Below are positions 9,631-18,085 of a stretch of DNA of 36,069 bases, piece by piece. A model generated the notes under the pieces. It had not been told where the DNA came from. It worked only from the letters and a program-made list of their open reading frames with translations, and ran no database searches. Position 1 is the first letter of the stretch. The number at the start of each line of letters is the position of its first letter. Position numbers and translations under genes: made by a program. Origin of the DNA: a virus (taxonomy: Duplodnaviria; Caudoviricetes); IMG/VR virus record IMGVR_UViG_3300035187_000647, positions 1 to 36,069 of that record; one strand, given 5' to 3'.

Positions 9631-9660
9631 TGCGGGCCGGTTTCCCGGCCCGCACTTTTT
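9631..9660 (-). terminator. Hairpin after the major capsid gene (probably leaky terminator)
   Basis: Perfect 10-bp stem TGCGGGCCGG/CCGGCCCGCA with a GAAA loop on the minus strand. The sense U-tract is weak (UCCUUAU); a T5 run follows on the + strand. Confidence 0.7.
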
Positions 9661-9661
9661 A

Positions 9662-10642
9662 TTACGCAGAGGTCGTGAGGTTCGCGATGATCGCGTGAGC
9701 CTTTTCGCTCTTCACGCGGAGACCGTACTCGACCACGAGTTCCTTCTTCACGGCATCGCCAGTCGGAGCGATGTCGATGACGCGGAACGGACGCAGGTAC
9801 GAGACCGAGGCGTATTCCGGATCAAGAACGAACGCGAAGTTCTCGGGTTGGAACCGATTTGGAACAATCGCCAATTCCCCGAAATCTCCCAGGTATACGT
9901 CTGCCGTCGCAATAATTTTCAGCGGCTTGACTTGGTTATAAGTCACGCGCTGTTGAGCGAGACCAGCAAACGCCGAGGCGACGGTCTTGTTGTACGGGCC
10001 GACCATGAGGATCGACGGATTGCCGCCCTGCGACCAAGCCTGCTGTTGAGCAGTCTTGAGCATCGCTTCTGTGAACGCGACATCTGTCGAGGTCGAGAGG
10101 TTCGTCCAAGCAGCGTTCGGGTAGCCGTTGCCGCCAGCGCCAGACATCGTGCCTTTTGTTGCGCCGTTAGCCTGCACGTTCGTCTGCAACCAAGCCGGAA
10201 GACCAGCAGTGTTGCGGGCGGTCGAGTTGTTGCCGGCGACTGCTGCCTGATTGCGGAGGAGGATGAACTCCATGTCGCGCTTCAGCTCTTTTGCCTTCTT
10301 GGCCTGCTCGTAGGCCATGACGGTTTTCATGCCGGCAGTGTTGACGGCGTCAGAGGTGTTCGACACCGAGACGACCTTCGTGCTGATCTGGCAGTAGTTG
10401 GCAATGCGAAGCGTTGCGTCGAAGTCAGCATCGCCAGCATTCGCGCCTTCGATTGCAGCATTTGCAGCTGCTGCTGCAAGTGCATCTGTCTGCCACTCGA
10501 AATAGGTGTTCGAGGCAGTGTCACGGCCAACATTCGACATGAACGGCGTGTCAACGGGCGAGATGTCATAGATGATGTTTGCAAGGTCTTCGCGGATCGC
10601 GTTGCTTGCGTCGTAGGTGGTAACTTTAGAAACGGAAGCCAT
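9662..10642 (-). CDS. Major capsid protein (DUF5309/SU10-like)
   Basis: REDLANIIYDISPVDTPFMS, EWQTDAL, KELKRDME and DFGELAIVPNRF motifs; follows the scaffold gene. Confidence 0.9.
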   Translation of the reverse strand: MASVSKVTTYDASNAIREDLANIIYDISPVDTPFMSNVGRDTASNTYFEWQTDALAAAAANAAIEGANAGDADFDATLRIANYCQISTKVVSVSNTSDAVNTAGMKTVMAYEQAKKAKELKRDMEFILLRNQAAVAGNNSTARNTAGLPAWLQTNVQANGATKGTMSGAGGNGYPNAAWTNLSTSTDVAFTEAMLKTAQQQAWSQGGNPSILMVGPYNKTVASAFAGLAQQRVTYNQVKPLKIIATADVYLGDFGELAIVPNRFQPENFAFVLDPEYASVSYLRPFRVIDIAPTGDAVKKELVVEYGLRVKSEKAHAIIANLTTSA

Positions 10643-10646
10643 CGGC

Positions 10647-11684
10647 TTACCTCCTGCTGTCTAGTAGACCGAAAAATGCAGCGGCGTCATCGACGCTGCC
10701 AGTTTTAGCGAGACGTTGTTTCATTCGCGTCATTTCGGTCGCCTTGCGCGGTGTAGATGCCGCGGTTCCCGCTTTCATCGGCTTGGGGCCGTCCTGCTTC
10801 ACAGGTTTGGGCCGGTTAGCCATCAGCTCGTCGTACTTGCGAGCCTTGTCGAGAACTAAAAGAGCGCGTGGGTCGTATGCTTGCGCGAGTTCTTCGTCCG
10901 TATAGCCGACCTTGCGGCCATAGTCCTTCAGCTTGCTACGCGCGTCGTCCCACTTCTTTTGATCGCGCCACTCAGGAACCTTCTCGACGAGCCACTTCTG
11001 GCCCTCTTGAACGACCTGGCGAACGCGCATCTGCTCTTCTTGCTGACGCAGATAGCCTAGACGTTCCTGTTCGGCTCTCGTCGCGGCGAGGCGCTCCTGG
11101 TAGTCGCGCCACTGGTCTCTGATCAGCGGGTAGTTCAGCGGATCTTCACGATGCAGCTTTTCCCAATCCGGTTCTTGCGGCATCAGCTGTTGGAGCTGCT
11201 GCTGCAGAACGGGGAGCATCTGCTCGTACTGCGATCGCTCAACTAATACTTGCTGGCGAACCGCCTCGACTGCCTGTTGCTCCTGACGGAGAACATTCAT
11301 TCGACGCGAATAATCGGACTGCCGTTGATAGCCTTCCCGCGCTTCCTTCAGAGTGATCTGCTGCGTCTTGCCGTCAATCTTGACGGTTACGAGCGTTTCA
11401 TCCGAAAGCTCACCTTCCGAACCATCTTCGTCGTCCTCTGCGGCTTCTGTCGCATCTTCGTCGGATGACGCTTCGACCTCGTCGGTCTCTGCGGCCTCTC
11501 CATCCTCAGAAGGCGTCTCTTCGACATCTTCCGCAGACGCCTCGACCTCTTCGGTCGCGGCAGGGGCAGGCTGACGTTTAGCGGGTGTGGGTTCGGCCTC
11601 AGAGGCTCCCATCAATGCCGCCATGCGGTCTGCTGCTTCTGCAATGCCGATTTCGCTGGGCTGCGACTGCTCGGCTCCACTCAT
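10647..11684 (-). CDS. Capsid scaffolding protein
   Basis: Acidic N-terminus, VTVKIDG..GYQRQSDYSR, Gln-rich coiled coil, RLAKTGSVDDAA C-terminus. Confidence 0.85.
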   Translation of the reverse strand: MSGAEQSQPSEIGIAEAADRMAALMGASEAEPTPAKRQPAPAATEEVEASAEDVEETPSEDGEAAETDEVEASSDEDATEAAEDDEDGSEGELSDETLVTVKIDGKTQQITLKEAREGYQRQSDYSRRMNVLRQEQQAVEAVRQQVLVERSQYEQMLPVLQQQLQQLMPQEPDWEKLHREDPLNYPLIRDQWRDYQERLAATRAEQERLGYLRQQEEQMRVRQVVQEGQKWLVEKVPEWRDQKKWDDARSKLKDYGRKVGYTDEELAQAYDPRALLVLDKARKYDELMANRPKPVKQDGPKPMKAGTAASTPRKATEMTRMKQRLAKTGSVDDAAAFFGLLDSRR

Positions 11685-11696
11685 GTATTTACTCCT

Positions 11697-11957
11697 TTAT
11701 CGGTCGCCCTTCAAGCGACGGTTAAACGCGGTCACGTCTGGCTCACTCGCCAGCGCCGCAAGCTCGTCCCGAAATGTGCGAACAGCGCGGACAAGGTTGT
11801 ATGAGGCCTCGCGTTCGTCGTAATTTTCGGGGTCAGAGTTGGACCATTTATCAATCAGGCGCTGCTCGATGCGCCGGATTATTTCCATTGTTGCTGAGCT
11901 ATTTGCGAGGCTCTTAGCCTCGCGCCAGAGGTCTTCCTGTTCAAACGTCGACATCAC
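11697..11957 (-). CDS. Small helical protein between portal and scaffold
   Basis: 86 aa, coupled to the portal stop, typical synteny. Confidence 0.65.
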   Translation of the reverse strand: MMSTFEQEDLWREAKSLANSSATMEIIRRIEQRLIDKWSNSDPENYDEREASYNLVRAVRTFRDELAALASEPDVTAFNRRLKGDR

Positions 11958-14146
11958 ATCCCCATCGGAGGCATCATCGGCTGCGGTTGTGCGGGCGCCG
12001 CAGGCGCTTGCGTCTGAGCCGCACTGAACATGGCACGAATTTCTTCACGCTGGCGATCGACCTCAGCCTTGATCATCGCCATGTCGACCTGCGCGCCGTA
12101 CTTGGCCTGCAGCTCAGTGGCGCGGATCATCGCGTCGACGAAGACCTTGTCGCGCTCGATGTCGGCCTGGGCCATCGCCTTGTTGCGCTCAAGTTCCTGC
12201 TTGGCGGCGTTGATCAGGATGTCGGCCTTGATCTTCTCGGCCTCGACACCGGCCAGCATCTCCGCCGGATCCTGCTTCTTGTTGCCGGCCATCTGCTGCA
12301 TGTAGGCCTGCACTTCTTGCGGGTTGATTTCTTTCCAGAACTTCGTCGGATCCTGGAAGCCGGCGAGCTGTGTCACTTCGGCCAAAGCATCGCGCAGCTG
12401 GTTGAGATCGACGAGCGGGTTGAACGGTCCGTAGACCTGGATGATTTCTTTCTGCTGCTGGATGATCTGCATCAGGAAGGCCATGCGCTGGTCGTCGGAT
12501 CCGCGGCCAAGGGCAATGTTGACCGTCATGTCCATGCCGTCGTCCCAGCCGCGCGGGTCGATCGGGACGAACTTATTCCGCAAGCGGACGATCTTCGGCT
12601 TGTCCTGGTGCTGCACGACAAGCTTGAGAATGCCCTGGAAGCACCGCTTCAAGCCATCGGCGAACAAACGCGAGATCATCTCAATGCGCTCTTGAGACGA
12701 CGACAGCTGCGCCTGGACAGCCGCGCGGGTGGTCGACTGCAGAACGTCTGCGTCGAGGCCCTGCGAGGCGCGCGAGATGCCCGTGCGCTGCGTCTTGATC
12801 TCGTCCATGTAGGCCAGCACGCCGAGGGCGGCTTGGCCGACAAACGGCTCGACAAGGGGAGCGATCGCGCCAGGCTGGCGCACCCTAACGATGGCGCCGG
12901 TTTCCGTATTCATGGCGTCGTCGAGGTTCACTTGGCCTTCAACCACTGCCATGCGCGGGTTGATCGACTGCGCCAAACTGTCGAGGGTCGCGCGCATGAT
13001 CGTCGACTTGATCAGCTGCAGGTCCATCGTTTGGTCAGCGATCGACTGACCGAAAATCGTGTGCGGCGTCGGATCCGGCGAAAGGATTGCAAACGGCGCA
13101 TGCTGAACGACTTCGTCGTGCAGGACGTAGGCGCCATTGCCGACAGAGCAGACCTTATGCAGCTCGGCGATGCCGTCGCCGTCCTTGTCGACGCGCACAT
13201 AGCTCTCAACGTAGAAGACCCGATCGGTCGTTTCGTCTGTTGCGTTTGTGATGCCAAAAAACGACTGATCTGCCGGATTGCGGACGAGAACCTCGAGGTT
13301 CTCTTCAAAGCCGCCCGTGCCGGCGTTCTGCTCGATGATGTCGCGGTCGTAGCCCATCGCCACCAGCTCGGAGACCGTCGCCAGCTTGCGGCGCCCGACA
13401 TAGATCGCGTCGTCGATGTTGGTCGCTTCGCTGTCGATCAGGAACTGCTCGGGCGGAATGCACTCGACGACGTAGCGCGGCGTGCGCTTCGTCTTGCGGA
13501 TCCGCAGCGAATAGAACGGCACGCCGATCGCGCTGTCGAACTCCTCGAGCATCTCTTCGATGAAAACCCCAGGCTCGTTCTGGATCATCATCATTTCGTC
13601 AGCCGTCAGGCCCGAATACGAGTAATACTCGACGCTCTCGTCGTCGACCTTGTACCAGGTGATGACGCCGGTCTTTAGGATCAAAGCGTCCTTCATGGCG
13701 TCGTGCAGGATCCGGAAGCCGGGGTTTTCCTGCATGAAAATGTAATTGATCAGGTCTGTGGCCTGCTCGGCGGCTTCGATGTCTTCCGGCATCTTCGGCA
13801 CGAACTCGACGACCTTCTCCGGACCCGTGAAGATCCGGAGCAGCGACGGCAGCATCGCCAGGATCGTGTCGCGCACTTCCGTCAGAACGACCTGCGAGCG
13901 ACCGTCTTCCTCGTTGCCGAACTTGTCGCCGAGGTAGTACGCCATCGCCGCTTCGCGCTCGGGCGCGAGGTAGCTGTCGATGTAGCTCTGCGCGTTCTCG
14001 ATCGCTTGGCGCAGAATAAACGCGAACTCTTCGTCGTCGATCCCACCCTGATCAGGAACGAGAAGACCCGTGTCTCCGTTCAGAACGCGCGGCTTCGGGA
14101 TCGGCGTGTAGCTCGGATCGTATTTGCCGGGGAGCATGTCTGCCAT
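11954..14146 (-). CDS. Portal protein (P22-like)
   Basis: Likely ATG at 14146. GNEEDGRSQVV, EQATDLINYIF, KDALILKTG and PHTIFGQSIAD motifs, with a C-terminal coiled coil. Confidence 0.9.
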   Translation of the reverse strand: MADMLPGKYDPSYTPIPKPRVLNGDTGLLVPDQGGIDDEEFAFILRQAIENAQSYIDSYLAPEREAAMAYYLGDKFGNEEDGRSQVVLTEVRDTILAMLPSLLRIFTGPEKVVEFVPKMPEDIEAAEQATDLINYIFMQENPGFRILHDAMKDALILKTGVITWYKVDDESVEYYSYSGLTADEMMMIQNEPGVFIEEMLEEFDSAIGVPFYSLRIRKTKRTPRYVVECIPPEQFLIDSEATNIDDAIYVGRRKLATVSELVAMGYDRDIIEQNAGTGGFEENLEVLVRNPADQSFFGITNATDETTDRVFYVESYVRVDKDGDGIAELHKVCSVGNGAYVLHDEVVQHAPFAILSPDPTPHTIFGQSIADQTMDLQLIKSTIMRATLDSLAQSINPRMAVVEGQVNLDDAMNTETGAIVRVRQPGAIAPLVEPFVGQAALGVLAYMDEIKTQRTGISRASQGLDADVLQSTTRAAVQAQLSSSQERIEMISRLFADGLKRCFQGILKLVVQHQDKPKIVRLRNKFVPIDPRGWDDGMDMTVNIALGRGSDDQRMAFLMQIIQQQKEIIQVYGPFNPLVDLNQLRDALAEVTQLAGFQDPTKFWKEINPQEVQAYMQQMAGNKKQDPAEMLAGVEAEKIKADILINAAKQELERNKAMAQADIERDKVFVDAMIRATELQAKYGAQVDMAMIKAEVDRQREEIRAMFSAAQTQAPAAPAQPQPMMPPMGM

Positions 14147-14150
14147 CGTC

Positions 14151-14708
14151 TTATCCCTTCTTCCGAACGCGCCACCACTGCCAGCCATTCTCTGAGCCGA
14201 CTTCGCGTCCCGCGAAAACTGTATCTACAGCTTTCTTTACACCATCCATCGGGTAATCGTCACCGCCCATGACGCCGCCAGCCTTCAACTTAGGCCACCA
14301 CGCCTCGATGTCAGCCATGACATCCTCGTATTCGTGGCCCGCGTCAATCCAGACGAAGTCGACAGATCCGTCCTCAAACTTGTGAGCTGCCGGCGCAGAC
14401 GGCATGCGATGCACATGCAGGTCGAGGCCGTCGATGCGCTCCATCGTCTCTCTAAAGATGTCAAAAACGCGCTCAAGATCTGGGTCAGTCTTGTGAGCAG
14501 GCTCATTCGATCCGCCCCAATGGTCGACGCAGTGCAGCGCAATCGCTTTACCGCTGTTGATGATTTCGACGCCAAGAAAAGACGCAGACTTGCCTTTCCA
14601 GCACCCCAATTCGACAAAGATCGCGCCATCTTTCGCGCCCTTGACCGCTTCTTGGTAGGGGCGCGAAAAGTTGAACCAGCCGTCGACCTGGTCGTAGAAG
14701 TGCTTCAC
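14151..14708 (-). CDS. Class I SAM-dependent methyltransferase (Methyltransf_24-like)
   Basis: VELGCWKGKS, VDHW, FVWIDAGHEYEDV and GGVMGGDDY motifs. Confidence 0.88.
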   Translation of the reverse strand: MKHFYDQVDGWFNFSRPYQEAVKGAKDGAIFVELGCWKGKSASFLGVEIINSGKAIALHCVDHWGGSNEPAHKTDPDLERVFDIFRETMERIDGLDLHVHRMPSAPAAHKFEDGSVDFVWIDAGHEYEDVMADIEAWWPKLKAGGVMGGDDYPMDGVKKAVDTVFAGREVGSENGWQWWRVRKKG

Positions 14709-14863
14709 TTCTTCTTGCTCTTGCCTGCCTCTGACAAGGCAATGGCGATCGCCTGCTTCTGTGACTTTACGACCGGACCCTTCTTTGAGCCGCTGTGCAG
14801 CTTTCCTGCGGCGTACTCGTCCATAACCTTGCCGATCTTCTTGTCAGACTTCGACTTCTTCAT
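14705..14863 (-). CDS. Small Lys-rich protein (DUF6496-like), 52 aa
   Basis: Not in the track. MKKSKSDKKIGKVMDEYAAGKLHSGSKKGPVVKSQKQAIAIALSEAGKSKKK, preceded by GGAGG. Confidence 0.8.
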   Translation of the reverse strand: MKKSKSDKKIGKVMDEYAAGKLHSGSKKGPVVKSQKQAIAIALSEAGKSKKK

Positions 14864-15539
14864 TTAGCGCCTCCATTTTTTGCGCGGCATCTACAATGTC
14901 TTGCGGCTCGTCGGGCCGGCACTCGACCGCATGGTCGTGTGTGAACTCCATCGTGCCGATATGCTTCACGTCTTTTGACAGGTCGTGGTCGATGTAGACC
15001 TTGAACCCGTTAGCCTGGGCAAGCTTGCAGAAGTAGATGTCCTCGCCGACCCACACGTTGCCGGACGGCAACCAGGCTATGTTGAACCACGGCAGCGGAC
15101 ACTTCCGGAACACGTCCATCTTGATCAGCATGCAGCCCATGCCGACCGCATCGACCTCTTCCAGCCCCGTGCTGTCGCCGTCCGTATAAATGCACTCAAG
15201 GTTCGCAAAGTCACGGAACGCGACGGTCTTAACGGGGATTCGGCGCGTCGGGTAGTTCGCCGCGACGATGTCCTTGTCGTGCTTTTTCAGCTGCCAGAAC
15301 GTGTTCGCCGGGAACCGCATGTCGGCATCGAGGAACAGGACATAGTCGTAATCAGAGGCAAAGGCCTTGCGGACTAGGTTCTGACGCTGGTCGGCGATCA
15401 GCGTGCCACTCAAGATGTTGACGTTGAACGTGCCGCCTTGCGGAAGACCTGCGTAGATGTTGGCAGTCAACATCGCCAGGTCTTTCGCAAAGCCAGAACA
15501 CACCGTCTCCCGTGCCGGTATGCAGATCGCTACTTTCAA
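14844..15539 (-). CDS. GT-A fold glycosyltransferase (GT2-like)
   Basis: KVAICIP, YVLFLDADM (DxD), VGMGCMLIK, GEDIYFC and HIG motifs. Confidence 0.82.
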   Translation of the reverse strand: MKVAICIPARETVCSGFAKDLAMLTANIYAGLPQGGTFNVNILSGTLIADQRQNLVRKAFASDYDYVLFLDADMRFPANTFWQLKKHDKDIVAANYPTRRIPVKTVAFRDFANLECIYTDGDSTGLEEVDAVGMGCMLIKMDVFRKCPLPWFNIAWLPSGNVWVGEDIYFCKLAQANGFKVYIDHDLSKDVKHIGTMEFTHDHAVECRPDEPQDIVDAAQKMEALNEEVEV

Positions 15540-15542
15540 GAC

Positions 15543-16007
15543 TTAATCCTCTTCGTTGTAGCTTTCGTCTTCTTCGGAGCCTTCTTCGTCTTCGCCGTAC
15601 TCGTCGCCCTCTTCTTCGTCGGTGATTGGACCTCCGACAATCCAGGCGTCGCAGGTGCGCTCGGCGGCGCACTTGAAGTCAAAGATCTCGCAAAATCCGA
15701 GATTGCCTGCTTCAATCGTTTCCATAGGGTCATCAATTTGTCCTCGTCCTCCCAGCCCCTGCTCAATACAATCCATCATTCTTTCTGTTTGATTGAACGC
15801 CGCGCAGTTGCCGCAGCGCATCGACATCGCCTCTTCAACCGGAACGTCCCACTTTGCCGCCAGCTGCTGCCAGTAGCGGTCGTTCGGCTCGCGCGGGTTC
15901 ATCGGGCCGTAGTTGGCCTTGTCGATTGCCTTCCCGCGGTTCTGCAGGTTGATCGTGATGTCGCGCGTCGCAATCGGGCATTGACCGCCCTGCATCTCTT
16001 CTTCCAT
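15543..16007 (-). CDS. Cys-rich conserved phage protein with acidic tail
   Basis: RCGNCAAF..GFCEIFDFKCAAERTCDAW; likely ATG at 16007. Confidence 0.7.
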   Translation of the reverse strand: MEEEMQGGQCPIATRDITINLQNRGKAIDKANYGPMNPREPNDRYWQQLAAKWDVPVEEAMSMRCGNCAAFNQTERMMDCIEQGLGGRGQIDDPMETIEAGNLGFCEIFDFKCAAERTCDAWIVGGPITDEEEGDEYGEDEEGSEEDESYNEED

Positions 16008-16008
16008 C

Positions 16009-16164
16009 TCACTTGCCCTTCTTTTTTGCGGCACGCATGTTGTCGACTAGGTTAGGATACGGGCGCCCAGCCTTAGCCGCTGCTGCCTTCGCCGAGGCTT
16101 TCTGCTTCGGCGACAGCTTCTTGTCGCCCTTCGTCGGATCCTTCGTGTCCCAGACCTTTTTCAT
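16009..16164 (-). CDS. Small basic protein, 51 aa
   Basis: Not in the track. MKKVWDTKDPTKGDKKLSPKQKASAKAAAAKAGRPYPNLVDNMRAAKKKGK, ATGA-coupled and filling the gap exactly. Confidence 0.75.
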   Translation of the reverse strand: MKKVWDTKDPTKGDKKLSPKQKASAKAAAAKAGRPYPNLVDNMRAAKKKGK

Positions 16165-16469
16165 TTCTTTTTTCCTTCGTTGCGCTTGCTGATTGCTGCC
16201 GCCTTCTTCTTGGCGTCAGCCTTGCTTGAGGCGCCCCACGCTTGCAACGACTTCAGCAACCGCGTCGGCTCGCCATCCTTGTATTCCGGACCAGGCATGT
16301 TTCCCATGCGCGCCAGAAACGACGCACGCCGCGGGTTGTCGCCAGACTTCACAGGCGGCTTCAAATCAGAGCCGGGATTAGCCGCCTCATACGACTTGCG
16401 GCCTGTCTCGTTCAATCCGCCCTTGGCGTTCTTGCCGGCCTTACGCGTCCATGCTGGTGTCTTAGCCAT
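16161..16469 (-). CDS. Small basic protein (DUF6321-like)
   Basis: TPAWTRKAGKNAKGGLN..LKPP..RRASFLARM..SLQAW pattern. Confidence 0.75.
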   Translation of the reverse strand: MAKTPAWTRKAGKNAKGGLNETGRKSYEAANPGSDLKPPVKSGDNPRRASFLARMGNMPGPEYKDGEPTRLLKSLQAWGASSKADAKKKAAAISKRNEGKKK

Positions 16470-16484
16470 TCACGCAAACCTTCT

Positions 16485-17894
16485 TCACACAACGCCACGA
16501 ATATGACGCTTGAGAGCCTGACCAGGCACCCACTTGGGCGCACGCCCGCCAACCATCGCCGCATTCGACGCAAACGACAAGCACAAGGCGTCTGCCAAGT
16601 CAGGTGAACGCATGCCGCGCTTTCTCATACTGTCTTTGCTCTCAACTTGCACCTTGCCTGACGACGTAAACGTGTATCGAGGCGCCACCAGCTCATGCCG
16701 CAGCTGATCATCTGCCGGCAATTTCACAGATTTCGTCGCAAGCCACTCCTTTACCGCCAACCATAGCTCGTCGCGCAGCTTGTTTGCGTTCGGGTTCATC
16801 GCCGAACTCTCGGCGACGTTCACATCACGCACATTCATGCCTAATTCGCGCAACCGATCGGCAACACCCGACCCAAGACCGATTGTGTCGACGCAGATCT
16901 CGTCCGGACGGTCCAATTTCGCCTCGTTCACGATCGCGCCGACAACTTGCATCGTGTCGAGACCGCCCCAGCTCTTCACTTCGATAACAACATTCCCCTT
17001 CCGCTTCACCAAAGCGGTCCGATCGCTACCAAAACGCGCCACATCGAGACCAAAAACAAGAGGTTCAGAAGAATTAATGCTGATGTCGCGTGAAATGGCT
17101 CCATCGACCAACTCCGCGGGGATCAGGGTGTCGTCATCAGCTAAAGCAAACTCACCAAGAACGCGGATCCGGAACGCGTTGCTCTCGGCTCCGTATGTCG
17201 CCTTGATCTGCGAAACGAAGTCAGCAGAAACGAGCGGGATATTCAAACAAGAGACGTGCATCCGACACCAATCAGATGCAAGATCGTGATGCGTCTTGTA
17301 AAACAAACCCGAATTTCGCGTCGGGTTGCTAATGAGAATTGTCGATGCCGAATGACCAGACATCGAACCAGCCGCCGCCTCGAAAACCGCCTCCGGAACG
17401 GCTGATGCTTCGTCCACCACCAGCAAAACGTGTTCGGAATGGACGCCGGCCAACGCCTCCGGCCTCTCGCTCGAGCTAGTCCTGGCCGAAATAAACGAAC
17501 TCTCCGGCGCCCCCTTCAGCACAATGCGATCGGAGAACACTTCGTAGCTGTCGCGCAGCACGGGCGGCAGCTTGTTGATCCACGCCTTCAACTCCGAATA
17601 GAGAGCATCGAACAGCTGGGCGGACGTAGGCGCAGTCACCACGCTCTTCTGCGGAAAACGCGTCGTCATGTGCCAAATCAGCGCCCATGAACACGCCGTC
17701 GACTTGCCCACACCGTGGCCGGCTCGCACCGAGATCCGTCGCTCCTTGCGCGCAATCGCCTGCAGAAAGTCTTTCTGCCAAGGCAATGGCTTCGCCTCGA
17801 GAACATTCTCGACAAACCCGATCGGATCGTTCTCGTAACGCTCGATGAACGCGACGAAATCGTTACCGCTTGGCTTTTCCGCCGTCGATGACAT
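16485..17894 (-). CDS. terL: Terminase large subunit
   Basis: Walker A RAGHGVGKS, Walker B LLVVDEA, ISNPT coupling motif, nuclease GLDVARFGSD and SPDLADA. Confidence 0.95.
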   Translation of the reverse strand: MSSTAEKPSGNDFVAFIERYENDPIGFVENVLEAKPLPWQKDFLQAIARKERRISVRAGHGVGKSTACSWALIWHMTTRFPQKSVVTAPTSAQLFDALYSELKAWINKLPPVLRDSYEVFSDRIVLKGAPESSFISARTSSSERPEALAGVHSEHVLLVVDEASAVPEAVFEAAAGSMSGHSASTILISNPTRNSGLFYKTHHDLASDWCRMHVSCLNIPLVSADFVSQIKATYGAESNAFRIRVLGEFALADDDTLIPAELVDGAISRDISINSSEPLVFGLDVARFGSDRTALVKRKGNVVIEVKSWGGLDTMQVVGAIVNEAKLDRPDEICVDTIGLGSGVADRLRELGMNVRDVNVAESSAMNPNANKLRDELWLAVKEWLATKSVKLPADDQLRHELVAPRYTFTSSGKVQVESKDSMRKRGMRSPDLADALCLSFASNAAMVGGRAPKWVPGQALKRHIRGVV

Positions 17895-18075
17895 GAACCT
17901 CCCCCTTCGGCGGATTAAGCATGTAGGTAATCCCCGCCATTGCCTGCAACAAGTAGATCCGCGCGTCGTCGTCGCGCGTTACATCAACCTGCTGCGCCAG
18001 CTCACACAACGCGCCAGCCAACTGCGCCAGCTCACTCTCCTGCCCAACTACGACCAATTCTTCGTCCTCGTCCAT
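17863..18075 (-). CDS. Hypothetical acidic protein
   Basis: ATG at 18075 after GAGGAG; ends VHVIDGGKAKR. Confidence 0.6.
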   Translation of the reverse strand: MDEDEELVVVGQESELAQLAGALCELAQQVDVTRDDDARIYLLQAMAGITYMLNPPKGEVHVIDGGKAKR

Positions 18076-18085
18076 CGCCAGCTCC

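Noticed and set aside
11987-13678. Long + strand ORFs (563 aa here; also 9695-10708, 1047-1778 and others)
   Set aside because: They are antisense shadows of GC3-biased real genes and show no recognisable motifs.
14151-14708. DNA methyltransferase
   Set aside because: It lacks DPPY/NPPY or PCQ catalytic motifs and matches small-molecule/glycan methyltransferase patterns instead.
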